A stretch of 64,000 bases of DNA, taken from Carcharhinus amblyrhynchos (Eukaryota). This document shows positions 52,428 through 64,000 of the stretch, one piece after another. The first letter of the stretch is position 1; the number at the start of each line of letters is the position of its first letter. A program made the position numbers and the translations under genes. The notes below the pieces were generated by a model. That model ran no database searches, was not told the DNA's origin, and worked only from the letters and a program-made list of their open reading frames with translations. Location: the NCBI GenBank assembly GCA_965287045.1, contig OZ336892.1, positions 33,170,001 to 33,234,000 of the forward strand, given 5' to 3'.

Positions 52428-52902
52428 GTTAGAGCGCGACAGTCTAAAGACCAGATAGTAAAGAGGGAAATTCATTGAGGTGTAAAAAAAATGTAATGTT
52501 ACATATCAGCTAAACACAGGTGACTTCAACGTACTGAGGGTGTAAGTAAATACATTTAAATGAGTGAGGAACAGTTTCACAAACAATTATTAGAATAAGT
52601 TTCTTTCCAGAAAGAGAAATAAATACCTGGATCTGCTTACCAGACAAAGTTGTGCAGAAAAATCTATTAGAAATTGTAACTAGAGAGATTGGAACCAGAT
52701 GATATGTTTCAATAAGCTGAAAGATCTTTTTCATCCTTAATTTTTCTTATGAAAAATGAACAGTTAGGATTCTTTTATTTTGCATCCATTTAAGAGACAA
52801 CACTATTAGCTGGGACTGACTAGATACCCAGCTTCCCAATATGTATATGAACCATTATTGTGTATGGATTCAAATTGTTGGCATGATTTTGTTTATCTTC
52901 AG

Positions 52903-53513
52903 TGCCACGTGACTGCACAGCAATTCACCAAAGGAACAAAAGGGCTACTTCAGGGCTTTACGTTATTCGGCCTGCACGGTCCCCCCTACTTGTGGTCAGA
53001 TGTGTCATGAAACGCAATGGTGGCTGGACAGTGATTCAAAGAAACAGCAGAGGCAGCAAGATCACCTGGAAAGAAAGCTGGACCACATATAAATACGGTT
53101 TTGGTGATGTGTTGAGTGATCACTGGCTGGGCAATGAGTACATCTACCTTCTAACTAAGCAGAATAGGTACAAACTGAGAATAGAGTTTATAGATAGTAG
53201 GAATAGATTTAAATATGCAGAATATTCCTCTTTTTACCTAGAATCTGAGAGTGGGAAATACACCATCAGACTTGGCTCATTTTCTGGGAATGTGATTGAC
53301 CAAATGACCCGAAATGTAAACAAAGGAATGGTTGATAACCAGCCCTTTTCCACAAAGGATCGAGATTATGATAGTTACCGAGGGTCATGCAGTTCTAGTT
53401 ATGGGGGATGGTGGTTTGATGCTTGTGGTTATGTGTATCTTAATTACAAATATCCATACTGGAATGGAATTTCCATCAAGAAAGTTACCATGATGATTCA
53501 ACCAACCTGTTAA
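52903..53513 (+). CDS. FReD gene B, terminal exon encoding the whole fibrinogen C-terminal domain
   Basis: Acceptor gtttatcttcAG; (V)PRDC..SGLYVIRP..GGWTVIQR..YKYGFGD..HWLGNE..FSTKDRDYD..GGWWFDAC; clear paralogue of gene A. Confidence 0.93.
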
Positions 53514-53705
53514 CAAGGAAAGATATCTGCTTGTTGGTCACACCTATTTATTCGGTGACCATGATCATCATGTCGCATAGAAGCAATCAAATTATTTCCA
53601 TTACTGCAAATTGCCAGGTGGGCACAGTACCCAATCCATTCTTAGCTCCATGTGTATGCTAGATAATCAATCCCACAATGGATATACTCTTAAATATACC
53701 CTTCT

Positions 53706-54046
53706 CACGCACAGCAGCACAGTGATTAACACTGCTGCTTCACAGCTCCAGGGACCTGGGTTCAATTCCTGGCTTGGATCACTGTCTGTGTGGAGTTTGC
53801 ACATTCTCCCTGTGTCTGCATGGGTTTCCCCTGGGTGCTCCGGTTTCCTCCCACAGTCCAAAGATGTGTGGGTTAGGTTGATTGGCCATGCTAAAATTGC
53901 CCCTTAGTGTCCTGAGATGCTTAGCTTAGCGGGTAAAATACGGAGGGATCTGGGCGTAGGGCCTGGGTGGGTTTGTGGTCGGTGCAGACTCGATGGGCCA
54001 AAGGGCCTCTTTCTGTACTGTTGGGTTTCTATGATTTCTATGATTT
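53706..54046 (+). mobile_element. V-SINE in the probable 3' UTR of gene B
   Basis: Full head, V-domain and (atgatttct)n tail. Confidence 0.88.
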
Positions 54047-54582
54047 CTCCCTATCCAGTTGCCCAATTATTCACTATTCCCCTGATTTCAAATATATTTA
54101 CTATTCATACTCGTCTATGAGAAACTCATACAGATTCTCTCACCTAGAAACTATTAATTCTGTGCGTCACAATATTCATAATTTCTCCCATCCATATTGT
54201 TCTCTAACCCCTGGTTAATGATCACAGAATGAAAAGAATTAGTTACCCTGGTGGTGATGATGTCTAATTATTTCAGGGTGCTAATGATTTACATAATTCT
54301 GGGACAATCTCAATATTTTCCACACCTCAGTCACTGTTTGCAAAATTCTAATGCAGGGAAATTATATGGCCAAAACATGAGTGAACATGTTTATATTCTG
54401 CAAAATAATGTACCACAATGTGTAACTGTGTTTGGAGAGTTCACTGACTACCACTTGGGTTGTTTCTACTGGGGATAGCATGGCACTCGATCCAAAGAGA
54501 ATTCCATAAATCTGCTTCTATGTTTTCACTGTGCTGCTGTACTTTAATCATCTGTGTATGTTTGATTACTACGATCTTGTTC

Positions 54583-54588
54583 AATAAA
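54583..54588 (+). promoter_or_regulatory. Candidate polyadenylation signal of gene B
   Basis: First AATAAA I found after the stop, followed by a GT-rich tract (gagtttgtgattgtatg). Confidence 0.5.
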
Positions 54589-54726
54589 TCCACATGAGCG
54601 AAGAGTTTGTGATTGTATGCTTATAACTATGAGCATTTCCTGCCTGATTTTGCCATAAAATAAAGAACACAGAACTGTACAGCAAAGGAACAGGCCCTTC
54701 GGCTCACCAAGTCTGTGCTGACATAG

Positions 54727-55806
54727 ATGATTTGATTATTATTGTCATATGTATCAGTATACAGTGAAAAGTATTATTTCTTGCACACTGCACAGACAAA
54801 ACATACCGTTCATAGAGAAGGAAGAGTGCAGAATGTAGTGTTACAATCATAGCTAGCGTGTAGAGAAAGTTCAACTTAATGCGAGGTAGGTCCATTCAAA
54901 AGTTTGATAGCAACAGGGAAGAAGCTGTTGTTGAGTCGGTTAGTATGTGTCCTCAGACTTTTGCATCTTTTTCCCAATGGAAGAAGGTGGAAGAGAGTAT
55001 GTCCGGGGTATGTGGGGTGCTTAATTATGCTGGCTCTTTTCCAAAGCAGCGGCAAATTGGACACAGTGTCAATGGGTTGGAGGCTGGTTTGAGTGATGGA
55101 CTGGGCTTCATTCCTGACCGTTTTTGTTTCTTGCGGTCTTGGACAGAGCAGGAGCCATACCAAACTGTGATACAACTAGAAAGAATGCCTTCTATGAAGC
55201 AAAAGTTGTGTGAGATTCATATGGGACATGCCAAATTTCCTTAGTCTTCTGAGAAAGTAAAAGCATTGGTGGGCTTTCTTAACTATTGTATCAGCATGGA
55301 GCAACCAGGCAGGTTGTTGGAGATCTGGACACCTAAAAACAAGAAGCTCTCGACTATTTCCAATATCCCCCACTGATGTGGACAGGAGAATGTCCTCTAC
55401 TATGCTTCCTGAAGTCGATGACATGTCCTTTGTTTTGTTGACTGAGGGTCATCGCACCAGTTCACCAGATTCTCTATCTCTTTTCACCATTGTTTGAGAT
55501 CTGACACACTATGGTGGTTTCATCAGCATTGAAAATTGAGTTGAAGGGGAATTTGGCCACACAGTCATAGGTGTGTAAGGAGTAGAGTAAGGACACAGCC
55601 TTGTGGGGCACCAGTGTTGAGGATGATCATGGAGGAGGTGTTGTTGCCTATCCTTACTGATTGCAGTTTGTGGTTTAGGAAGTTCAGGATCCAGTTGCAG
55701 AGGGAGGGGCCAAGCCCCAGGCCACTGAGTTTGGAGATGAGTTTCATGGAAATAATGGTGTTGAAGGCTGAGCTGCAGTCAATGAATAAGAGTCTGACAT
55801 AGGTGT
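54727..55806 (-). mobile_element. Rex1/Babar-like LINE, RT to 3' end
   Basis: [25 protein letters not shown]; KKAHQCFYFLRRLRKFGMS; RLNNSFFP. Confidence 0.88.
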
Positions 55807-56116
55807 CACAAGATTGAAAGGTCTCATGGGATGCAGGCAGACAGCTGTTTTAATGACCATTCACGAGATTCAAATACATGGAAATCATGTTCATGCCACC
55901 AACCAGTTTGAAGAGTGACCCACCATTAACCCGCCACTTGGAGAATTGCAACGTGATTTTATGTTGATGGTTTTACAACTTCATAATTCCATTAGATTCT
56001 TTGCTCTCACCTGCAGCAAACCCACAGCAGTGGGATGAGAAAATTCCTCCCAATGTATCTGAGCAAACATCAACAGGAAGAATGGCAGAATCAGGAACAA
56101 TTCAAACATTATTCCT

Positions 56117-57134
56117 GAATTTAATCCTGACAAATGCGAGGTGATGCATTTTGGAAGGAATAATGCAGGGAGGAGTTACGTGATAAAAGGTAGACCGATT
56201 AAGAGTATAGAAATACAGAGGGACCTGGGAGTGCAGGTGCACAAGTCTCTGAAGGTGTCAACACAAGTAGAGGTTGTGAAGAAAGCTTACGGAATGCTCG
56301 CCTTTATAGGAAGGGGTATAGAGTATAAGAGCTGGCGTCTAATGCTTCAGTTGTACAGAACGTTGGTTAGACTGCATTTGGAGTACTGCGTCCAGTTCTG
56401 GTCACCTTACTACCGGAAGGACGTGGAGACCCTGGAGAGAGTGCAGAGGAGGTTTACCAGGATGTTGCCTGGCATGGAAGGACTGAGTTACGAGGAAAAG
56501 TTGAAGAAACTGGGGCTCTTCTCCTTAGAAAGATGGAGATTAAGCGGGGGATATGATAGAGGTGTATAAAATACTGAAGGGAATAGATAGAGTCAACAGT
56601 GGTAGGCTTTTCCCTAGATTGGGGACAATTACGAGAGGTCACGATCTAAGGGTGAGGGGGGAGAAGTATAATTTGGATACGAGAGGAAGGTTTTTCACGC
56701 AGAGGGTCGTGGGGGTATGGAACGCGCTATCGAGTAGGGTGGTGGAGGCAGGCACGTTGGACTTGTTTAAGGTTTACTTAGATAGACACATGAGCGAAAC
56801 AAGGATGGAGGGTTATAGTAGAGGGTATTAGATAGGGACAGAGCCTTGGGACGACACCGGAAATGTAGTATTACATGTTAATGTTTTGTCTTTTTATTCC
56901 ACAGGTGTGGGTCCACCTTGTTGTCAAACGAGGGGCATGCACATGGTGGGTCGTGCGTGGGCTGCTCTTGGAGGTTCCGGGAGTGGCCTAGTACTTTGTG
57001 TCGTTGTGTATGCTCAATCCTGGACCAGCAGACGGGCGCCACAACAGCTCAGTGCTAGCTCACTGCTAGCTGTGCAGATACATGGATTTGGGCCTGTGTC
57101 TGTGGGAGCTTGCGCATTCTCCCTGTGGTTGCGT

Positions 57135-57165
<31 letters not shown>

Positions 57166-57355
57166 ATACCCCAAAGACGTGCTCTTAGGCTGATTGGTGT
57201 GCCAAATTGACATTATTCTCCCCTGAATCTGGCCACATTAGGGGTTCCACTCACATACACAGGGCAGGGTAGGTGTAGGAAGATGCGGCGGCGCGGGCTT
57301 ATTGGGCCGAAGGGCCTGTTTCCTGTGCTGGGTTGTTCTTTGTTCTTTTGTTCTT
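56117..57355 (+). mobile_element. CR1 LINE 3' part with a long 3' UTR containing a V-SINE-like body
   Basis: FNPDKCEVMHFG..LEYCVQFWSP..FFTQRVVGVWN, stop at 56831; V-domain at about 57090-57210; CR1 tail gggccgaagggcctgtttc followed by (gttcttt)n. Confidence 0.85.
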
Positions 57356-58569
57356 TGTATTGTTTCCTCAGTGAAGAATCTTAAACTGAACAAAGTTAAA
57401 TGCCAAGACCATGGAAAAACTATTGTTGGGGAGGTTGTTAAATATTGCTCCTGTATTTGATATAAGCATGTTAACTACCTATAAAAGAGCAGAGCCACTC
57501 AGTTCCTGTACTAAGAGAGAATTAGTGAGAGAAAGAAAATTAAGGAAAGATGAAGTATTGGAAAGTTATTCTCTGAAAAATAAAATGAAATAAACACAGG
57601 AAAGGGATGAAAAATACATTTTGCTAAGTTAGCTGTGTCTGTGAGCTGCGCAGAAGCCATCGCCACAGAATTGTTAAAGTTTGCAACCGTAAACTCACTT
57701 CATTCCCGCACTCTTCATTTTCATTTTCCAAATCTCCATTCAGTTCTCTTTTATTGTCAATGTAAGCCTATTTGTGACACTAATAAATAAACTTTTAAAC
57801 TTTATTAGCGAACCTGAGTAACTGCAGAGCAAAGTTTCTGAATGAAATTACTGGGTACAACTGAAAGACAAATCGACACCAAAATTGAATATTGATCTAA
57901 AAGATAAGGATTAAGGCTTTGGAGATGAAGATAGAAGAAAGTAGAGAGGCAAATGTAAATGAGGGGTTTGTTAAAGCTAAAGTGGTTTGCAATAAAGGGA
58001 TCCACACAAATCAGTATTAAAGCCAGGCTAGCATTTAACTTAACAAATCATATGTTATGGAGACGTGTGATGTCAAATACTAAATTTCAATCTGCTGGAC
58101 TGGAACTTTTTTAAAAGACTGTTAAAACAGAGGAAGTGACAAGATGGCTGCCATAGGTCACCTGACTTGTCTGCCACTGCAAGTTGGTCAAGTTTGGAAG
58201 TTTCCAATGAAGGTTACAATAGTATGTCCAGTCAAACCTCTTATGGAATTTCGCATCTGTTAATGTCAAGGATTACTTCAAAGATGGATTGAAACCTGAA
58301 ATGGCTATCACCATGAGCATTACTATAAAAGTTACATTCTATTTCATCAGTCAGAGACAGAAAATCTACAAAGATAATAGCTATATTGGGGATGTGGATC
58401 ATAAAAGAATGGGCCAATCAAAAGGGATGACTGAAACATTTTTAAAAAAAAATCACATAGGCAAAGGCCTGTTTAGACATGAGCTAATCTATTATTTTTT
58501 GTGAAATATTCAAATCAGCCTTGTCTTTTGCACTGATGTGCTGGGCTTCTCCATCGTTGAGGATGGGGA

Positions 58570-59780
58570 TTTTGATTTGATTTGATTTATTATTGTCACA
58601 TGTATTGGTACACAGTGAAAACTTTTGATTCTTGCACGTGATGTAGGCAAAGCATACTGTACATAGAGAAGGAAATGAGAGAGTGCAGAATGTAGTGTTA
58701 CAGTCATAGCTAGGGTGTAGAGAAAGATCAACTTAATACCAGGTGGGTCCATTCAAAAGTCTGATGGCAGCAGGGAAGAAGCTGTTCTTGAGTTGGTTAG
58801 CACATGACCTCAGACTTTTGTATCTTTTTCCTGACGTAGAAACATAGAAACTAGAAGCAAGAGAAGGCCTTTTGGCCCTTAGAGACTGCTCTGCCATTCA
58901 TTTTGATCATGGCTGATCATCGAATTCAATATCCTGATTCTTCCTTCTCCCCAAATCCTTTGATCCCTTCAGCTCCAATTTCTATGGAATTCTTGAAATC
59001 AGACACCATTTTGGTCTCAACTACATTTTGTAGTAGTGAATTCTATACATTTACCACCCTCTTGGTGAAGAAGTTTCTCTTTACCTCAGTTCTAAAAGGT
59101 TTACCCTTTATCCTTAAACTATGACCCCTAGTTCTGGACTCCCCCACCATTCAGAACATTCTTTCTGAATCTACCCTGTCTAATCCTGTTAGAATTTTAT
59201 AAGTTCTTATGAGATTCCCTCTCACTCTTTTAAACTCCAGTGAATGTAATACTAACTGATTTAGCCTCTCCTCATATGACAGACCTGCCATCCCAAGAAT
59301 CAGCCTGGCAAACCTTAGCTGTACTCCCTCTGTAGTAAGGGCATCCTTTCTCAGGTAAAGACACCGAACTTCCACACAATATTCCAGGTGTGGCCTCACC
59401 AACGCCCTACACAATTTCAGCAAAAGATCCCTATACTCAAATCCTCTCGCTATGAAGGCAACATACCATTAGCCTTCTTTCCTGCCTGTTATACCTGAGA
59501 ATTTACTTTCATCAACTGATGCACAAGGAAACCAAGGTCTCACTGAGTATCCACCTTTCTCAATTTACAGCCATTCAAGTAATAATCTGTCTTCCTATTA
59601 TTGCTACCAGAGTGGATAACCTCACATTTATCCACATTACACTGCATCTGATGGAAGGTGCAAGACATGTGTGGGGTCCTTGGTTATGCTAGCTGCTTTT
59701 CTGAGGCAGAGGGAAGTGTTGACAGACTCAATGGATGGGAGACTGGTTTGCATGATGGACTGGGCTTCGTTCACAACCCT
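58570..59780 (-). mobile_element. Rex1-like 3' end interrupted by a CR1 fragment (about 58837-59647)
   Basis: Rex1 tail at 58570-58836, CR1 RALVRPHLEYC..SLEFKRVRG, and Rex1 sequence resuming at about 59648. Confidence 0.8.
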
Positions 59781-60480
59781 GATATTTGTGGAGCTTCTTC
59801 CTCCAGAGAGTTTTTTATGCCCACTACCATTCATGGCTGGATGTGGCAGCACTGCAGAGCATTGATCTGACCCATTCATCGTGGAATTGCTTAGCTCTGT
59901 CTTTTGCATGATGCTCCCCAGCTATGTCCGTGCTTGTATTATAATAGTGTGGATTGCCCTTTGGGGTGGTGACATGGATTTACCACTGTTTCTCCCAAAG
60001 GAAAGTTGAAACCACATCAACTACAGTACCCTTTGCCTGTGCTCTTTCTGGCTTTTAAATTTGATGCCCATTATTATTCTTGCATTGCCACCCTCTAGTG
60101 GACCCATAGATAATATCAGCAGGTTAACAACAACTTGTATAGCACCTTTAACACATTAAAATATCCTAAGGTGTTTCATAGGGACATCATAAAAGTTACA
60201 ACAAACGACATAAGGTGATGGCAGGAATAGATGCTTGCAAGTCCATCTCAAGTTCAAGTATGACACCAACACTGCAAACAGTCTGGATTTATTTCAGTTA
60301 CCTGGGGGTGGGATACAGTCAGTGGCGAAGTAACAAAGTCTGCAGCAAGAATGGAAGACAAAGGTTTCAGTCTTCCCATTACTTAACTGGTGGAAATTTC
60401 CATCCATCTGGCATGGGTACATGTAAAAAACTGATTTTATATTTTTGGATGATGTTGTTGAGGGTCAGCATGTAGATGAG

Positions 60481-60775
60481 GCAGCATAGTAGTTAGCACT
60501 GCTGCCTCACAGTGCGAAGGACCTGGGTTCAATTCCTGGCTTGGGTCACTGCCTGTGCAGAGTCTGCACATTCTCCCCATGGCTGCATTAAGTATCTCCG
60601 GGTGCTCTTATTTTTTCCCACAGTCCGAAAGGCATACTGGTTAGGTGCAATGGCCATGCTAAATTCTCTTTCAGTGTACCCAAAGAGGCGCCAGAGTATG
60701 GCAACAAGGGGATTTTCACAGTAACTTTGTTGCAGTGTTAATGTAAGCCTATTTGTGACACTAATAAATAATAAA
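60481..60775 (+). mobile_element. V-SINE with the alternative tail
   Basis: Head and V-domain, then ggggattttcacagtaact..gtgacactaataaata. Confidence 0.85.
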
Positions 60776-61341
60776 TTAAGATGAGTAACAGCCAGAGGCC
60801 AAGGGTAGATTCTTGGGGGACAGTAAGGTAACAATAAGATAAAAGCAAATTACTGTTAACAGAAAATGCTGGAAAGTCTCAGCAGGTTCGACAGCATCTG
60901 TAGAGAGAGAACAGAACTAACATTTTAAGTCTGGATGACTCTTTGTCAGAGCACATCAGAGGATAAGTATGGGAAAGGGAAGCAAGTGGATTTTACTCTA
61001 CCACCTCCTGGCTCTGCATCCCTAATATTCATTCTTTTCATACATTGCACATGGATTAGCTTCACTTCCCACTATCTGATTTTCCATTTCCTTTCTGACA
61101 TTTGTGTCCAACCTTATTATCTACAACTTTTTGTGGCCTGTCCTTTATATGCCTGTTTTCTGGTAACCATTTCTCAAAGATCTTAAAGTTTCCCCTCTGC
61201 TTCTGAATACCTCCACCTACCCATTTCTTTCTAGTCTTTGCTCTTGTTGAGTCTAAATGTCAGTTTCTTCTGCAGTCCTCTCTTTGTGCCTTCTCAATTC
61301 CAACATTTCTCTCCTCTCCCAGCCTTCTCCTGCATCCCACA

Positions 61342-62157
61342 ACATAAGAACATAAGAAATAGGAGCAGGAGTAGGCCATCTAGCCCTTCGAGCCTGCACC
61401 GCCATTCAATAAGATCATGGCTGATCTGAAGTGGATCAGTTCCCCTTTCCCGCTTTCTCCCCATAACCCTTAATTCCCTTGCCTACCAAAAACCTATCTA
61501 CCCGTGACTTAAATATATTTAGCGAGGTAGCCTCCACCACTTCAACAGGCAGAGAACTCCAGAGATTCACCACCCTTTGAGTGAAGAAGTTCCTCCTCAA
61601 CTCCGATATAAACTGCGCCCCCCACCTTATCTTGAGGCTGTGCCTCTAGTCCTGCTATCCTTTCTAAGCGGGAAGAATCTCTCTACCTCTACCCTATCCA
61701 TCACTTCCATTATCTTATACGTCTCTGTAAGATCCCCCCTCATCCTTCTAAACTCCAATGAGTACAGACCCAGTCTATTTAGTCTCTCTTCATAGTCAAA
61801 CCCCCTCATCTCCGGTATCAGCCTAGTGAACCTCCTCTGCACTCCCTCCAAGGCCAAAATATCCTTGCGCAAATGCGGCGACCAAAACTGCACACAGTAC
61901 TCCAGCTGCGGCCTCACCAGTGCCCTGTACAGTTGCAGCAAGACCTCCCTACTTTTATATTCAATCCCCCTCGCTATGAAGGCCAACATTCCATTCACCT
62001 TCTTGATCACCTGCAGGCTGGGTTTTTGCGACTCATGCACAAGGACTCCCAGGTCCCTCTGCACCGTAGCATGCTGCAGCTTTTCGCCCTTTAAATAGTA
62101 ATCCCTCCTACTATTATTCCTGCCAAAGTCAAAAACCTCACACTTGCTAACATTGTA
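61342..62157 (-). mobile_element. Young CR1 3' fragment
   Basis: YNVSKCEV..RPQLEYCVQFWSP..; closely similar to 23670-24496. Confidence 0.92.
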
Positions 62158-62399
62158 CACCAGCTTGTCCTTGGCCTTCTGGATTCTTTTCCCATCCCCT
62201 TACACCTCCAAATTTCATCTTTCCAAATAACCCAAGCCTACCTCCCCTCTTTCTAATTCAAAATATATATTAGGATCAGGAAATAAAGAGAAGCTTTGTT
62301 TATTTCATAATTTAGCTCATTTCTCCTTTTCTAAGGGGCTCAGTTGTGTTTTTTAAAACTGAAATTAGAACATATAAGGTAGAAGTAACAATAAATCAT

Positions 62400-62795
62400 A
62401 CGGGTTTTTGCAGTTTGCCGCGGGGGCGCGGTATTTCCGGAGTTTGCCGCTGGGGGGGGTCGGTGTTTCCGGAGTTTGCCGCTGGGGGGGGGTCGGTGTT
62501 TTCGGAATTTGCCCCTGGGGGGGGGGGGGGGGGGGGGCGGTGTTTCCGGAGTTTACCGCTGGGGGGCGGTGTTTCCGGAGTTTGCCGCTGTGGAGGGGGG
62601 GGGGGCGGTGTTTTCGGAGTTTGCCGCTGGGGGGGCGGTATTCCCTGCGTGTGAAGCCGGTCTCGAGCGGTGTTTGAATACCGCGGCTGCGCTGCGAGAC
62701 GGTTGAAGTGAGTGGGAGTCGAGCTTGGGCTGAAGGGACGCCGGGAATAGCACATTTACCGAGGGTAGAAGTGCACCTGTGAGTACCCGGGGCAA
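62400..62795 (+). promoter_or_regulatory. CpG island; probable promoter and non-coding first exon of a downstream gene (donor at 62779)
   Basis: High CpG density in sequence not recognisable as a transposon; GC boxes, ETS-like CCGGAA on the minus strand, donor cct|GTGAGT. Confidence 0.5.
62412..62648. repeat. G-rich minisatellite, about 7 units of agtttgccgct(G)n cggtgtttccgg
   Basis: Direct repeats with variable G runs, the longest about 21 G. Confidence 0.9.
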
Positions 62796-63410
62796 GGAGA
62801 GAATGAAACAAATATCATAATGCGGAGAAATTACAAACACGTGAATGCAAAGTCCTGGAAATGCTGGCATGGTGGGAATAGCAGATTATTCCCCCACCAC
62901 CGCCCCCCCCGCCTAATTCGTGTGTATCTCACTCAGTAAATGGCTGTTAGAAGATATGTGATGTACCTACTGATTACCTTGCCCCATAATACGTGCAACC
63001 ACTGCCAAAATTATGCTGAAAACAGGTTATTTTTCGATACATTTGAAGGATGGACACATAATGCATTGACTGGACTTCCCTCTGCACCTCCAGCCCTTTA
63101 AAAATCAACGAGTTGGTGCAGAGGGAGGTGCTTGAAACCAAAACTCAACATATTCCTCCTCCAAATGGGTCCAGGCACAAACAGCTCGCACTTTCCTATT
63201 CTAGAGCAGCCAATTTAATCCCTTTGCCCAACACTAAAAACAGAGAAGTAAGAGGTCCTGATTTCATGTCGTGATCTTTCACTGACCTGAAACATCAACT
63301 CTGTTTCCCTCTACGCAAATGCTGCCAGATCTGCAAAGTATTACCAGCATTTTCTGTTTTTACTTCAGATTTCCAACACCTGCTGTATTTTGCTTTTGTC
63401 TTGTCCAGTG

Positions 63411-64000
63411 AACATAAGAAATAGGAGCAGGAGTAGGCCATCTAGCCCTTCGAGCCTGCCCCGCCATTCAATAAGATCATGGCTGATCTGTCGTGGCTCA
63501 GTTCCACATTCCTGCCCTCTCCCCATAACCCTTAATCCCCTCTCTTATCAAAAACCCATCAACCCGCGTCTTAAAAATATTTAGCGAGGTAGCCTCCACC
63601 ACTTCAACGGGCAGAGAATTCCAGAAATTCACCACCCTTTGAGTGAAGAAGTTCCTCCTCAACTCCGTTCTAAACTGCCCCCCCTTTATCTTGAGGCTGT
63701 GCCCCCTAGTCCTACTGTCCTTTCTGAGCAGGAAGAGTCTCTCCACCTCTATCCTATCCATCCCATTCATCATCTTATACGTCTCAATGAGATCTCCCCT
63801 CATTCTTCTAAACTCTAACGAGTACAAGCCTAGTTTATTCAGCCTCTCCTCATAGCTCAACCCCCTCAACTCCGGTATCAGCCTAGTAAACCACCTCTGC
63901 ACTCCCTCCAAGGCCAAAATATCCTTGCGTAAGTACGGCGCCCAAAACTGCACACAGTACTCCAGCTGCGGCCTCACCAATGCCCTATACAGCCGCAGCA
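63411..64000 (-). mobile_element. Young CR1 3' fragment, running off the window edge
   Basis: RPQLEYCVQFWAP..RGDLIETYKM..FFTQRVV; tail at 63411. Confidence 0.92.

Noticed and set aside
62346-62870. Gly- or Pro-rich ORFs on both strands
   Set aside because: They result from a stop-poor G-rich tandem repeat with frame-shifting G runs.

Overview
Repeat-rich vertebrate genomic DNA. The repeat complement (HE1/V-type SINEs, Deu-domain SINEs, CR1, Rex1-like, RTE, Penelope-like and Gypsy relics) indicates a cartilaginous fish, most likely a shark. It is not prokaryotic and has no CRISPR array. Two divergently transcribed paralogues encode small secreted fibrinogen-related-domain (FReD) proteins. Gene A (- strand; exons 6904-6889, 4192-4064, 1161-527; about 259 aa) reads signal peptide, acidic propeptide ending in RVIR, then a very cationic FReD. 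Gene B (+ strand; 52157-52229, about 52317/52353-52427, 52903-53513) has the same layout but carries an in-frame TAG in its apparent middle exon. The roughly 45 kb between them is mostly nested transposon debris, plus two pairs of old duplicated segments and a 2.3-kb 41-43-bp minisatellite. A CpG island with a G-rich VNTR near 62.4-62.8 kb probably marks the promoter of a further gene. Notable mobile-element structures are an apparently ORF1-less LINE headed by a Deu SINE domain and a CR1 carrying a V-SINE body in its 3' UTR. Splice models were read by eye, repeat boundaries are approximate, and most short ORFs in the track are non-genic.
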